A DNA stretch of 56,434 bases from assembly GCA_003344405.1 (NCBI GenBank), contig NOWV01000161.1:124001-180434 (forward strand). The letters run 5' to 3'. Below the pieces are notes generated by a model, which was not told where the DNA came from, made no database searches, and was given only the letters and a program-made list of their open reading frames with translations. Both the position numbers and the translations under genes were made by a program. The stretch comes from Trichoplax sp. H2. Lineage: Eukaryota. Below, piece after piece: positions 1 to 12,996 of this stretch. The first letter of the stretch is position 1. Each line of letters opens with the position of its first letter.

Positions 1-1114
1 GCGACACATGATTCCCTGCGCGAAGATAATTTGTCTTCAAAAGCAATCAATATTGAATTTCAATTTTCTACCTTCAAAATTAAATTTTTTTGAGAGTATA
101 GAAAAGGATTTTAGATGTCCAGTATGAAGATTGATAAAGAATAACATTTATTATTATTATCATCCCGATCGGGGACAGACATCACTTTAACTTTATTATC
201 CATCAATTTTTTTTCTTTTCTGTCCCGACGTAACCACAATTCGTCATTTATAAACAAAGTCTCGTTAACATGTTAACATCCTCCAGCTTCAACACTTTCA
301 TATTCAGTTTGATACTAATTCATAGACAAAGGATTGGGTCAGACAGTGTATATGGATAGAAAGCCGGCGAAATCAAGTCGGTTGCTATATTGCACACTAG
401 ACAAGGACATTTTTTTATTCATGTTGTCGATCAGGAGAAAACATTTCTAATTAACGTGGAAATGTACAGGAGTGTAGAAAGGAATCAACTTCTGCTGATG
501 TCAAATAAGCAAATATTCATCACAATAGAACGCCAAGATTACTTTCAATAGTGGACGGACAAATATCGTATACTTATTAAAAACGTGATCCAACAGTAAT
601 TAAGTACTGTATAGTCAATTGTGGTGGCCGGATATCAGTATGTTTATGTCTACTAATGAAATGATTTTATCATTGGGATCACAATTGCAGTTTTACTCCT
701 GTATGTACGCGTACAGTTGCTAACCTTCTCTTACCAACAAATGCAACAGAATCTGCTATATTGGTTGGTAAAAAATAGATTTGTTATTTAATTCTTGAGA
801 TCAAAGTAATATCCAATTGGATGAAAGGTCAACAATGTCAATAACAACAACATTAAAGATAAATCAATGATGATTTCGATGTCAAAGTGGATCGATCTTG
901 GCCCTCTCAAAAATGAATTCATTTCTACTGTATGAAACCAGTCATTTCACTAGTCCTGAATCAAATAATCAAATCGATTCTAATTGTAGTCATTGTGAAA
1001 TGAAGAGGAAAATGGCAATTGTACTAAGGAACTCGCTTGCAAGATGATCATTTGGTCATTTAGGTTGATGACTAGGAATTAGGGATGGATATTCAGTATT
1101 GATATTGTACTTAC

Positions 1115-1397
1115 CGTAAGGCAATTCTTGAGTATGGATGGCATTGATAAATCCACGAGCGATATTATAAAAAAAAGCCATGCCAGTTTCCAATGGAGTT
1201 GTGGCAGTATTGGTCACGATTTGATCCTGAGTCGGTAACTTGGAAAAGAGTGAGCTGGAAGATGAAGTGGTTATGGTAGTCGTATTGGCTGTCATGCTAT
1301 TGCCACTTGGAGGAGTTGTGGCTCCTGTCGATTGTCCTAAGCTCAATGTCGCTAACAAGGACAGTGTTAGCAGGGCATGAAAATAAAATGGTTGCAT
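1115..1397 (-). CDS. Prominin-like membrane glycoprotein, first coding exon (no further exon identified in 1-1114; gene probably continues past the left edge)
   Basis: ATG at 1397 gives a signal peptide (MQPFYFHALLTLSLLATLSLG), a Thr/Ser-rich stretch, then GMAFFYNIARGFINAIHTQELPYG, which resembles the prominin N-terminal motif. Exon ends at a consensus donor G|GTAAGT (1115|1114). Confidence 0.65.
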
Positions 1398-4300
1398 TTC
1401 GCTTGATTTCAATGGCAATCAGAAATATAATTATAATAATGACTAAAATAACTGTTGGATTGAGGCTTGAATACGCGTCGACTGGCTTTCTCTCTTGTTA
1501 TCGGCTCTGTTGGTCTAACGTCGAGCAAGACACAAAATAATGTTTTTTCCTCTTAGTAAACTTTTTACTTTCTTTCACTACCGGTCGTCTACCGTTTAGC
1601 ACAGCTTTTCTTCACTAGAAACGATATCCAATAATGTGGGAAATGGCCCGTAAAATTCAATGAGGACAAGGAATTTTCTTGCAAGTTTTTAGGCCGCCAC
1701 TGTCACTTTGCCCAATTTAGCTTAATGACGTTTTCACTCGTTTCCTTCTTCTAGTGTACACTTGCGTAGTTGATTCCGAGATTGAAGACTGAGGCGTTAT
1801 ATAGCGCTCGTTACTACGTCGTTACATTCCAATGACAACACGAGCGCTAGTGTGTCTGACGGTCTGTAGGGACAGTACAGTGGACACGATCTAAATTTAT
1901 ACTATGACGTCTTGGACAGGACAGTACAGTACACTGTAAAATTCACTTCATGTACTGTACACTGTACACTGAGTGGACAACTGTGTTGTGTTCCATTGTC
2001 GTATACGCTTGACACCGTAACGCTGCTTCAGTCACACTGTGTTTGTCACTACCGTAATTCAACGTGCATGCCGTACGTCATGGTGCAACGGGCAAGGGGT
2101 ATAAAAGTCCACCCCCCCCCCCCAAAAAAAGATCAGCGTGTTGGAAGCTCGCTTTGCCTGACTGAATTACCAATTCTGTCTATCATCACTAGGTGAAAAC
2201 TGAATTTTTTACATGGCATTGCCCCAATTGTATCTCCCCATCGCTGCCTAGGCTATTAAATTACTGTGCAGTGCAGCAGAGTTGATTTTCCTTTCCGCCT
2301 TTCTTTCTATCGACTTAGATACCGCGATAACATACAGTACTCTAGTAGTACCATGCGACTCCACTTTCTACTGTATGCTGAACAGGACTGTCCCAACCCC
2401 CAATCCATTGTCTGTACTACACTGAATTCATTTGATCAACTACCGGCTGTATCCATAGTCTAAAGTAAAGAGAACTATATCAACTATGACGTAATTCTTG
2501 AGCGATCGTCAGAGAAGCTAAAAGAAACTTTTCTCGAACTTTTCAATCCTTTTTTGAGGGGGGCATGATATACAAATTGGCTGATTGCAAGAACACAGTG
2601 TGCTAACTATTGTAGACTGGGCAGACTTGGTCCACGACGATAGGGATGCATGGACACCGACTCTAATAGGGTACGATGACTCCAGTCCTAAACAACAGCA
2701 TGACTTTGCAACTGAAAAATGGAGTTGAATACAGTGCTGTACCATCTCCATCAATTCCTCATTTGTAAAGATTTGATTGATAGGATGATAACGATAGAGT
2801 GAATAGGAGGAGATGCAGAGAAAAATGGACATAGTGCGAGCAAATATGGAATAATAATAACATCATCATTATTATAATAAGCGCTAGCATGAAGTCCATG
2901 ACGTCATCTGCTTCGCCTAGGGCGGTATTTGAACTAATATTATTATTTTATTAGCAGTGCGCGGGTGCTATAAAATTCCATTCAAAAATGGATGCCTCCA
3001 TATACAAGACTGGGATATAATATGATAGAGTATCCATCGAGAAGAACATCTATCAATTAGATATTTTACTCCCTCCCTGTCTGCCTGCCTCTCCTGCCCA
3101 AGTAGGCGCTCTGCTAATTTAAACCAATGCATCGTGTTTGTAGAAGCTTGCTTTGCTTGCAATGGCGTGCATCGATAATAAATTACTGTAGAATGAATCC
3201 ACGCACCTTAAATGACACCAATCTTGCGTCTGCAAATAGAAAATAGCAATAATAACCTTGGTATGTCCATATTCAGAAATAGCTATTTCCAACCATAAAA
3301 TCCCGATGAACAGTCCTATTATCCCAGTTGGACTATCCCATAGATGACATCATAGATTGAATAGGTTAGGTAAAAGTCCTTTTAAAAACACCTGCTGCGC
3401 GCAACCTTCAGTAAAAATCAATGTCAATACAGCATGCTGAAAGGCATAGCAATCCAGTCTAGTAATAGGATTACCAACGAGATAGGCACTGCAAGGCACG
3501 GGTGTGGCAAGAAACAAATAAATAAAGAGTAATTGTCTAAAATATTGACATTATGATCCAACTGCACACAACTTGTACTGTACATTATAGTGCATAAAGA
3601 CAGTTACGTAATTTGAACCCATAGGGGACAGCTACTCGTGGTATACTATGCCTGAGATAGAGGTAGACTAGGCCTACATAATTGTATTTTATCAACATAG
3701 GTTACGGAAGAAATCAAAGTGGGTGTGCTAGACATCCAACTCTACCTTATACACTTTTTAATCTAAACTACGGTATTGTTCATATTGGCGATAGCCTGTG
3801 GCGGTGGATATCATATCAGATCATCAATAAATACTGTAATTTCTGCCAACATGTGTTATGCACGTACTGTATTTGGACGCTTAACCTGTGCATAAGTAGC
3901 AGTAACAATCATAGTATGCACTTTCTAATCTAAATTAGAGACATAAAGTAATCTATGGCATTTATCCATATTGACGATGGCTGGTAGAGTGAATACCGTA
4001 CCGAATCAGAAATCAATAATTCCACTCTAGACTAGTGCGTAGTATTCGTTTACACAAGCATCGTGATTTACGTATATATCAACAGAAATGAATACCATCA
4101 ACAATTTCTACACCCACAAGATAGATCCTCTCTAGACTGCAATTAAACTAAATGATGGATAGAATCATCTAAAATCTGTAAAGACTATTTACTTCCATAA
4201 AAATACATGCTTTATTTGATTTGCAAGGCCACATGTCCCTTTATAAACTAATTTCAATCATTAGCCATAATGATAGCTGATAATCGTGGCTAATAGTAGG

Positions 4301-7300
4301 TTAGTGTCCGCAATTACATTGTTCAAGAGATTCAAAATAGCTACATGATCGTAAATGATAGCATGCCCAAAAGTGGATTACAATCTTGACAATAAGTCAT
4401 TGTTCAAGCTAGAGTAGTATTACATAGAATATCGAAAATAATTCCCTGCTATTAAAATGTTGGACTTTCACTGCATCGTTATTTATAACTTTCTAAAAGT
4501 GTCGATTACTTTCCAATACAGATACTTGTTATTTCTTATTTCTACTAACCCAACATAACCAAAACATGACAATGAAAATATTATTCCTTTGATCATGCAT
4601 GTCCGATGAACTAAAAAAACATATTGGAGATTTACAACTAAGAAATAAGTAAGTCTATATAACCATGAAATGATTTCTCTAACATAAAGTTATGATGCCA
4701 TAATAGAATGCGTAAATATCTTTTCATATCTCTATTAAAGTATAAAATGAACATTAACATAAACAGTTAGACCATATGTAGTAAAAATCGATCAACAAAT
4801 AGAATCGGCCTGATATAAAAAATAGATGATAATAAGTTCATTAATTTACTGTACTAGTAAGGAATATTCCTTCAATATCCTCACCCAAATCATCAATAAC
4901 TATCAAATATCTATAAATAGAAAGCTCAATTGTCATCAACTGTACGACTGAGCGATCTCCCACCATCTGCTGCTAATCGTTTACTAAACACCTACTCAGA
5001 AAAACATTAAAATAATTATGGTTACCTTGTTCAAGAAATTACATCATAGAAATACACAAACGGCCTTTAACTAAAATGAGAAGCACCTATAGTGTAGTCT
5101 TCAACTTAACATAAAGAGCTAAATAGTTGACCAGACTGATGGATCTTATATCTCACAGTGAATAATGTAAATAAAGATATTTGTCAACACTATAACATAA
5201 GTTCATGATCGACTATAATGTACAAATTATTGGTAACAACAATTTTAATTTAGAATACAATATCCTATTGTATATATCGTCTATTCATTTAATCGCAGTG
5301 CAAATATATTTCGTAGTAAAAATTTATTGTATAACTTGGTATCGTAGATATCCTCTACGTGATTTAACCTGAATCAATCAAGACTAATTCAGAAACGTAT
5401 GCCATTAGCCTAACAGTAAATTATAAGCTACATATTGAAACTAAGGCTAACTTTCTTCTCCTCTATAGTAGATTACATCATTCCCACTTATCATTATCCT
5501 CACCATCATTTCAACTTATTTATAAATTGCAATAATGTGAAAAATAATAAAAAGAATTGACAATGCATAAAGTATTTGTCACCTTTGCTAATTTTGTTAT
5601 TTTTTACTCAATCCTGGCATGATTCCATTAGCATGAAAGAGCCCATTTTTGATCGATATCTTAATTTCTATTATTTGATTGGTTACGTATTTTAATTTTG
5701 TTGATAATTTCAGATGCAGCTATGAGTTATGAAGTAATCAATTCCATAAGAAGACTCAGAGTAAGAATCAAAATCAAAAATAAAGCTTTCTTAAAGTCTA
5801 AACCAAATTCTGTATGCATATATCTAATTTGTAATTTGAAATTAATTTATTGTGCCTAAATTTATTATAAATACATGTTCATCTAGTCATAACTAATTCA
5901 CCTTTATACCCGATATGATAGCATCAGGATGAAAAATGACCATTCTATTCTGTCAAAACATCAGATAAAAATGCTATTGTAATATATTTAATAAGCAACA
6001 AGGCTAGTTTACTCCATTAATCTCAAATAGCTTATAATCAATCATTCTATGTCATCCCCTTAATATAATCATTAGTTCAATTAAATCCGCAATTCGTCCT
6101 TTCTATAGCCAAAGAGATGCATTATTTTAATAGCTTCATAACCTTGGGCAACAAGCGCTTGATAATGACTGCATTTCCATCTGCTATTTGCGATTATAGT
6201 ATTCAAAAAGCTGTGCTAATTACGTCATTGTTGCGAGCCTTTTCACTACAACTTAAAATATCAACGATTAAGCTACCTTGATTATGCTATCCTCAGAAGC
6301 TAACCCAATAATGAGCTAACATTTAACAGGATTAATCTGTATTCTTTAAACAGTAAATATTAAATCACTTTTACGACAACGAGTATTCGATCTCAATACT
6401 AATTTGTTAGTATAGCATAATCATGAAAAGAAAATTCCGTTAATTCACTCTAGTCATTGAAGAACAAAATATTATACATTATAATTATTGATATAAACGG
6501 CAGAAAATATAATCTAACGCTAAGGACACAATGATGAAGCAATATCGTAATAAAAGAAGGAGATTAAGATCAATTCAGCTACACGCTGGTCCATATCCAT
6601 CATTTTACATATCCTAACCGTCAATAGATGTAATCTCTGTCTAGGGTGATATTGCAAATAAACTATGTCACTCTTATTATTAATCATAAGAATTGAATGC
6701 AATGGCTGTGTAGTACATTCGATGAGAAAACGATCCATAGTCAAGTTATGGACTACTTGATCTACATCAAACATTCTAAGATCGGATACTTTACTTTCGA
6801 ATTAGCATGCAATTATAGCACATTGTGTAAATGATGATTAATATTTAAAGTTGTAACAGTCTTATACTGTATAACCCTGGATGATTTAAGGTAGTTTTAT
6901 TCGCACATCAATCATTCTATGTATCACATTCTTTAGTAACTTATAAAAATAAAGTAACGAATAAGACTGTATAATGACATCGATATCTGATTGACGATGT
7001 GCAACTAAGTTTATCATGTAGAAAAATTTTCCTTATTAGCCATAAAATGAAAGATATTTGTGTTGATATTATAAGTGGAACAAATTATTAAAATAAATCT
7101 AAATGTTTTTTTTAATTTTGTATATCTAGATCAAACCACCATGTGATTAGGGTAATAATTTTACATTCATAAGGTATACAATGCACACATTAATTTAGAC
7201 AATCTATACTTTCATAAATACGAGTTAACCCAGAATACAATCGCAAAATAGCTTCAGAACGTATCATTAAGAATCAAAAGTCAGCAGTAAGGAATGACTA

Positions 7301-8485
7301 ATTATCTTAATATTTTACTTATCCTAAGTAAGCCAAATCACCAAGTAATAAATAAATTCAATAATTTGTGCATTCATGAGCCGATAGTACAAACGTTAAT
7401 TTATACGGCACATATCCATACTTTCATAAATATAAAATCAATCAAGAATGCTGTAATAAATGGGCTTAGAATGTATAAAAGAGATGAATTTCTAGAATAC
7501 AACATGATCACCATAAATATATATCATTTATACCATCTTGTCACTGGTAACACAAGAGAACAGAGTCATTCATAGAGTAGAAATAAATCTATTGGTCATA
7601 CTAACATTATTCAGCATTATTAATAAATCTTCTTTCAATGTTATTAATCGACTGGATTATAAAGTGATCGTCCAACCAATTATTTATAAATCAGAAGTTA
7701 TAAACTTATTCAATAAAATGATTAATTCCATTTAGTTTATAACTCAACGATATCAACGATGAACTATTATCTATACGAGTATCAATATCTTTATATGTAA
7801 CAAATAATGGATTTAATCCTTGGTAACTAAGGAGTTTATCGATAAATTAATTTAGTGGATCTATTAATGCAATTAAATTCATTCCTCTACTCATTCTAAA
7901 CTTACTAAATCTTTATGAATACTTTCAGTAGTAATGTTATTTCATGTTTGTTGATTATTTATTTATCTAAATTTCAAATTGAATCGTATGATGTTGAAGC
8001 CATCTCTTTGCTTTATAATCGCTGTAGTAGAGTTTTCAATGATCTCTTTGCTATTTCAATGGCTCCGCTTATTTCATAAATGCTTAATAAGCTATAAATA
8101 CTATGCAATACCGTTCTCATCATAATTTTTAATACAACGATGGTTATTTCTTTTTCATCGAGATGGATTTTTTGGGGAAATGTAGCTATGAGATTATCTT
8201 TGACAATGGCTCTAGTGGCGGAGACCAAAATTTGATCAATAAGTAAAACAGAAAAATAAATAATGAATGCGATCCAACTTAATTTGCCACCAACTATGTA
8301 TGAAAGATACAATTCCTATGTATTGATTTCATAAATAACTAGCCATGCCATAGCTTATCATATTTTTGCACCGGTACCATAGACGAGTATAAATCCATCG
8401 ATGATGTTAACTAATGATGCAAATTATCTTTGTAATTTATCATTGAAAAATTCTCTTATTGAACAGTGATTTTTCATAGTTGATC

Positions 8486-11400
8486 TTAATCCAAATCATA
8501 ATCACCGCTGTCTCCACTACGTACCGGACTGACCGTTTCTAGTCGATAGGCATGCCAGCAATTGAACTTATGGTTATCTTCAGCTGCTTTACGTTTATAA
8601 GTAGCTTGAAAGAAGATGACATAAATGAGTGTTGCTAGAGTTAATAATCCAACCATCACCACGGTAGCCCAAGAGTAATCGCGAGGAATAATTGCAGTAT
8701 CAGGAACCGAAATCATTGGAGAAGGAGAATTAGATGAACTTAACTGAGAATGATGGCATGCAGAATAAATAATTTGAGAGCTATCCAGCGGCGGACTAAT
8801 GATTGGTAAAACGATGATCATAACTACACTAATAATAGTCCTAAATGGTGATGAAGAAAAAGCATTAGTTTGACTTCCATCCATGTTGGATATAAGTTAA
8901 TATCTAGCATATGCTGCTATAGTGCAATTTAAAAGAAACTACTGACTCTCTTTCGTTCTTTTCCTTTATGCACTTACGCTAAGAGGAATAGAACTCCCGA
9001 ACTAATGACTTCGTCAACTGGATAAGAACACTCCACACATAGTTCTAGCATCATCGGGACAAGACTCATACCAAAAATGCCATAAAGCGCCGCAAAAAGG
9101 CAAAGAAGACCTTGGCAATTACGGTATCCAGCAGACTAGTTCATTTATCATGAAATTCGGGTATATAAGAATCCAGGAATTTTGATCATGAAAAAGTAAA
9201 TAGGTAATAAATTCAATCAAAGCTCAGACATAAACCATCTTTAGTACAATGTTTTGGAAAATTTTAAACATCCTATCTAATGTAATAGATCAGCACAGTT
9301 ACCATAAAGAAACCAATCAGCGATAAGTTTGCCAAGGATAGAAAGACTTTGGATATTACTTCAAAATGATTAATACTTCGGATAAAGAAAAGGATAATAA
9401 CTGCAGCAATAAATCCACACATAGTCATAATGACAATGCAAAGGCCAGCAAAATCCTTTAAAAATTGAAATAAATTTTTTAATGACGAAAACATTAATAG
9501 CAGAGTTGAAGTAGCATAAAGTGAAAGCTATAATTACGTCTGGGTAACCAGCAGGACATAAAATTTGTTCTATTAAAACGCCGACAGTACCCAAGACTGC
9601 AAAATGAGTAGCTACAGTAATAGCCAGGAGCTGATAGGAGCTGTCTGATTTCAGCTAATATTTATTAAATGAAATGAAATAGATGGATAAAATAAGTTCA
9701 GAATAATTGAAAATTGGCTGCATGATATGAATTCGTAGATCTATTTTTTATAGAAACTTTGCTACATCTAGTAATATTGTGCTAGATCATAGAATCATAC
9801 ACTGTAACATATACAGAATCAGTCTTACTAAATTGGTAATGCATTTCCAGGTACTCTCAGGATTCTCATCTAACATCATGATAAATGATGGGGCATTTGG
9901 GGGTTTACTATATTTCATTCCAATTGTAGCCATTAAAGTAGCAGCAGCGACAGGAATGAGGTTAATAATTAGCTATACATAGGAATTCAGAGAAAAGGAA
10001 ATTAACAATATAAAACGACAAGCGAAATCCCATGTAACAATCTATCTAGAAGACTGTAGGGTTAGTTGCTTCAAGAAAATTACTAAATGATGTTTAATTT
10101 AGCTATAATAACCTGTAAATATGAACTACATAGATTGCCCATATACTAAAGGATAGGAAATGTGTATGTCGTTGCATTCACTGATCCTAATTGTAAAGAC
10201 TCGACTAGAGGCATTAGACTTACTAAAATCGGCATCTTAAGGTAGTTGTGATTAGTTATAGCTGGTGATAAAACGCTCGATACCATCATTCCTAAAGTCA
10301 CACCTAGATGATAAAAAATATTCATTATCAAGCCTCAATATTAAGAGCACTTTCAACGATTGCATGATATAGGAAATCGATTTAAATTACATAATAATTA
10401 AAGGCTCTCGATTATTATGCAGTGGATACTCGTATAGTTTAGTAGGTCTATTATACCTAGTGTAGCAATGGTGTTAGCAAGTATTCTTTCTTCATCAGGA
10501 AACCATACTGCTGCCATTTTAGTGGTAGTAGCTAAAATAACAGGCTGACCTAGGGCAATCAAGCCCTGCCCGATAAATAATGTTGGTATACGACCGGCTG
10601 CGGGTACATAAGCGCTCAATACTCGAATACTTGCACCCAGAAGTGTTACCCAACCGTTGACGACGATCTAGAAGAAATTGTAGTCAATAATGAATTAAAT
10701 CAATGTTATAATATTCAATCTATTACCAATGGTAGAATAGATCACTTTACTAAACTATTTCAACGTCAAAGCATTATCTAACTCGTTGCATCCAACTCCA
10801 AAAGCTGTACGAAAAATTACACGTCTTGCAGATGCTATCGCTAAATACGACACAGTACATTTATATTAATTTATGCCATGTTAGGCCATAGTGCTGCATC
10901 TAACCGATGTGATGTGATTGTTGATTGTTGTTAGATGTTAGCCGATATTAGATTGTTGATGATATATATCCAATTAATTGTCTCACGACTACACAACTAT
11001 ACATTAATTACATATACGAATGTCCATTCTAATAACCTTATTTTCTACAGAGAATAAATATCTTTTAAACTATCTATAAAATAAACCAATGCCGTCTATT
11101 TTATTATCGTCAATTTAAAGATTTTAAAATCTTTTTCTTGAAAATAACGAGTAAGAAAAGGACAGCCCATGTTTTTTCAACTCTTTGAGCTGTTAGGAAT
11201 TTTAGTTGAATCATAACCTCTCGATATAATAAAAAATGAAACTATTTCAATTGAATGAAATTACTGTGTACTTAAAAGTCGTGATGGATGATTTCATCGT
11301 TCCGTAATAATTTCAATTGTAAATATACTGTAAATTTTAACTCTAATTGTATAAAGATATTAGACGTAGAATATTTTAAATATAAATATAGGACTATAAA

Positions 11401-12996
11401 GAGAATGCTTTCTAGTATGAAATTATCATTGATACCTAGAAATTTACTAGTACCACAAAGATAGTTAGACGTAGTATGTTTAAAATCAAGTATAGCGCCC
11501 TTTATAAGGAGGTATCTTAGCATGAATAATTAATTATTATTGATACTTAGAAATTGATGCAGTACTGTATATTCTAAAATGAGTATAAGATTGTTACAAG
11601 AATACATCTTAATATGACATAATCATTATTGATACCTAGAAATTTTCGAAGTCTAGTGGCATAACGATAGTTAGACGTTGTATATTTTAAATTGAATTTA
11701 GAACCATTACAATATACTATCTTAGTATGAAATAATTATTATTGCTACCTAGAAAATTCTCGACTCTAAAGATATAAAGATAGTTAAATCTAGTCCATTT
11801 TAACGGCATATTGAACCGTTATAAGAATATATATTTTAATATGAAATAATAATTATGCTGCCTAGAAATTTCCTAATACTAGTTATATCCAAGGCGATCG
11901 TTAGAGACATAGTACATTTTAAATTGGGTATTTATAAGAACATCTCTTAGCATGAAATAACTGCTATTGATACCTAGAAAGTAAGCCTAACATTGGCATA
12001 ATTGCATGCCAATATTAACGGATGCTATCTCATTTTGTTTTATTTTTACGTCCTTAACCTAAGCTGTCTACAGTAATCTTAAGGATACTCAGTATTAACT
12101 CTAAGAAAATTAGAACTTATACTATTGTCATCTACTTATAACTGTAAACATCTACTGACATCTTGTCAATAAAATATTTGGCTTAGTTTTTAGATACTGT
12201 TCATTCATTACTGATATAGGTCAATGCAAAGTTTAATATATTCTAGACAAATGCAACCACTTTTATCTCCAGCAATTGTAGCTCTAAATAACATGCAGCT
12301 ATCTAAATCGAGAAAAGAAACAATCAACATGGCGACTTACCCCTACTCGAAGGCCATATTTATCCAATAACCAGATGGAGATTGGACCTACAATGACAAA
12401 TCCTAGCAAAACTACGATGGAGAGCCAATTGACGTCTGATAATGAAATCTTGTAATATAGCGCTGTTGAATCAGCAATCATAGCAAAAGTATAATACAGC
12501 TGGAAAAAAATAGGAGTCGAAATTTTAGCAAAAACAGGATTGCTACCCATTGAAATTCTCTTATTTCTTTATAGCTGTATCTACATTAATATAACTATCT
12601 TCATTCCGAGTAAGATGATAAAGTCATTTAATTTACTATGAATCGTTGGTCAAGATATAAAATCATATACTGAACAAGCTAATCGATAATGTGATGGCTT
12701 TAAGTCATGACTGGTGGTGATAAAAATTCAATTTTAAAGCGAGTTCAACATGATATATTACTTACCATGGCGTTGCATAGATTTAAAAAGGTAATGGTGG
12801 CTAAAATAAACCAGCGGTTAGGATGCACTTCTGGCACAGGATGAAGCCGTATCATTCCATAGACCGAATCGGAAGCACGATCGATAAAAGTTCCGCTATC
12901 GCTAACGGTATTTTTCTCATATTTCTCCTCGTTATTTCCATAATTCATCATTAAATTGATATTTTCGTCATTCTTTGGAATCACGTTATTTGCCAT
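8486..12996 (-). CDS. MFS transporter, SLC49 family (SLC49A3/MFSD7-like, FLVCR-related), 9 coding exons
   Basis: Exons 12766-12996, 12341-12499, 10457-10667, 10224-10303, 9829-9972, 9538-9654, 9303-9455, 8978-9135, 8486-8840. All introns are GT-AG with compatible phases. Family motifs: RWFIL, VNWLS, WLLDKYGLR, KMAAVWFPDEER..ANTIA, EQILCPAGYPD, LELCVECSYPVDE. Confidence 0.88.
11340..11980. repeat. Degenerate ~112-bp tandem repeat (~6 copies) in intron 2 of the SLC49 gene
   Basis: Core 'attgatacctagaaa' recurs near 11431, 11542, 11631, 11744, 11857 and 11969. 'gatagttagacgt' and 'tcttagcatgaaataa' recur in register. Confidence 0.8.

Noticed and set aside
2518-2832. 104-aa Cys-rich minus-strand ORF
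   Set aside because: No family motif and no linked exons found. Cannot be supported.
8013-8312. 99-aa ORF downstream of the SLC49 stop
   Set aside because: Non-ATG start, no recognisable similarity, and it lies in the probable 3' UTR or flank.
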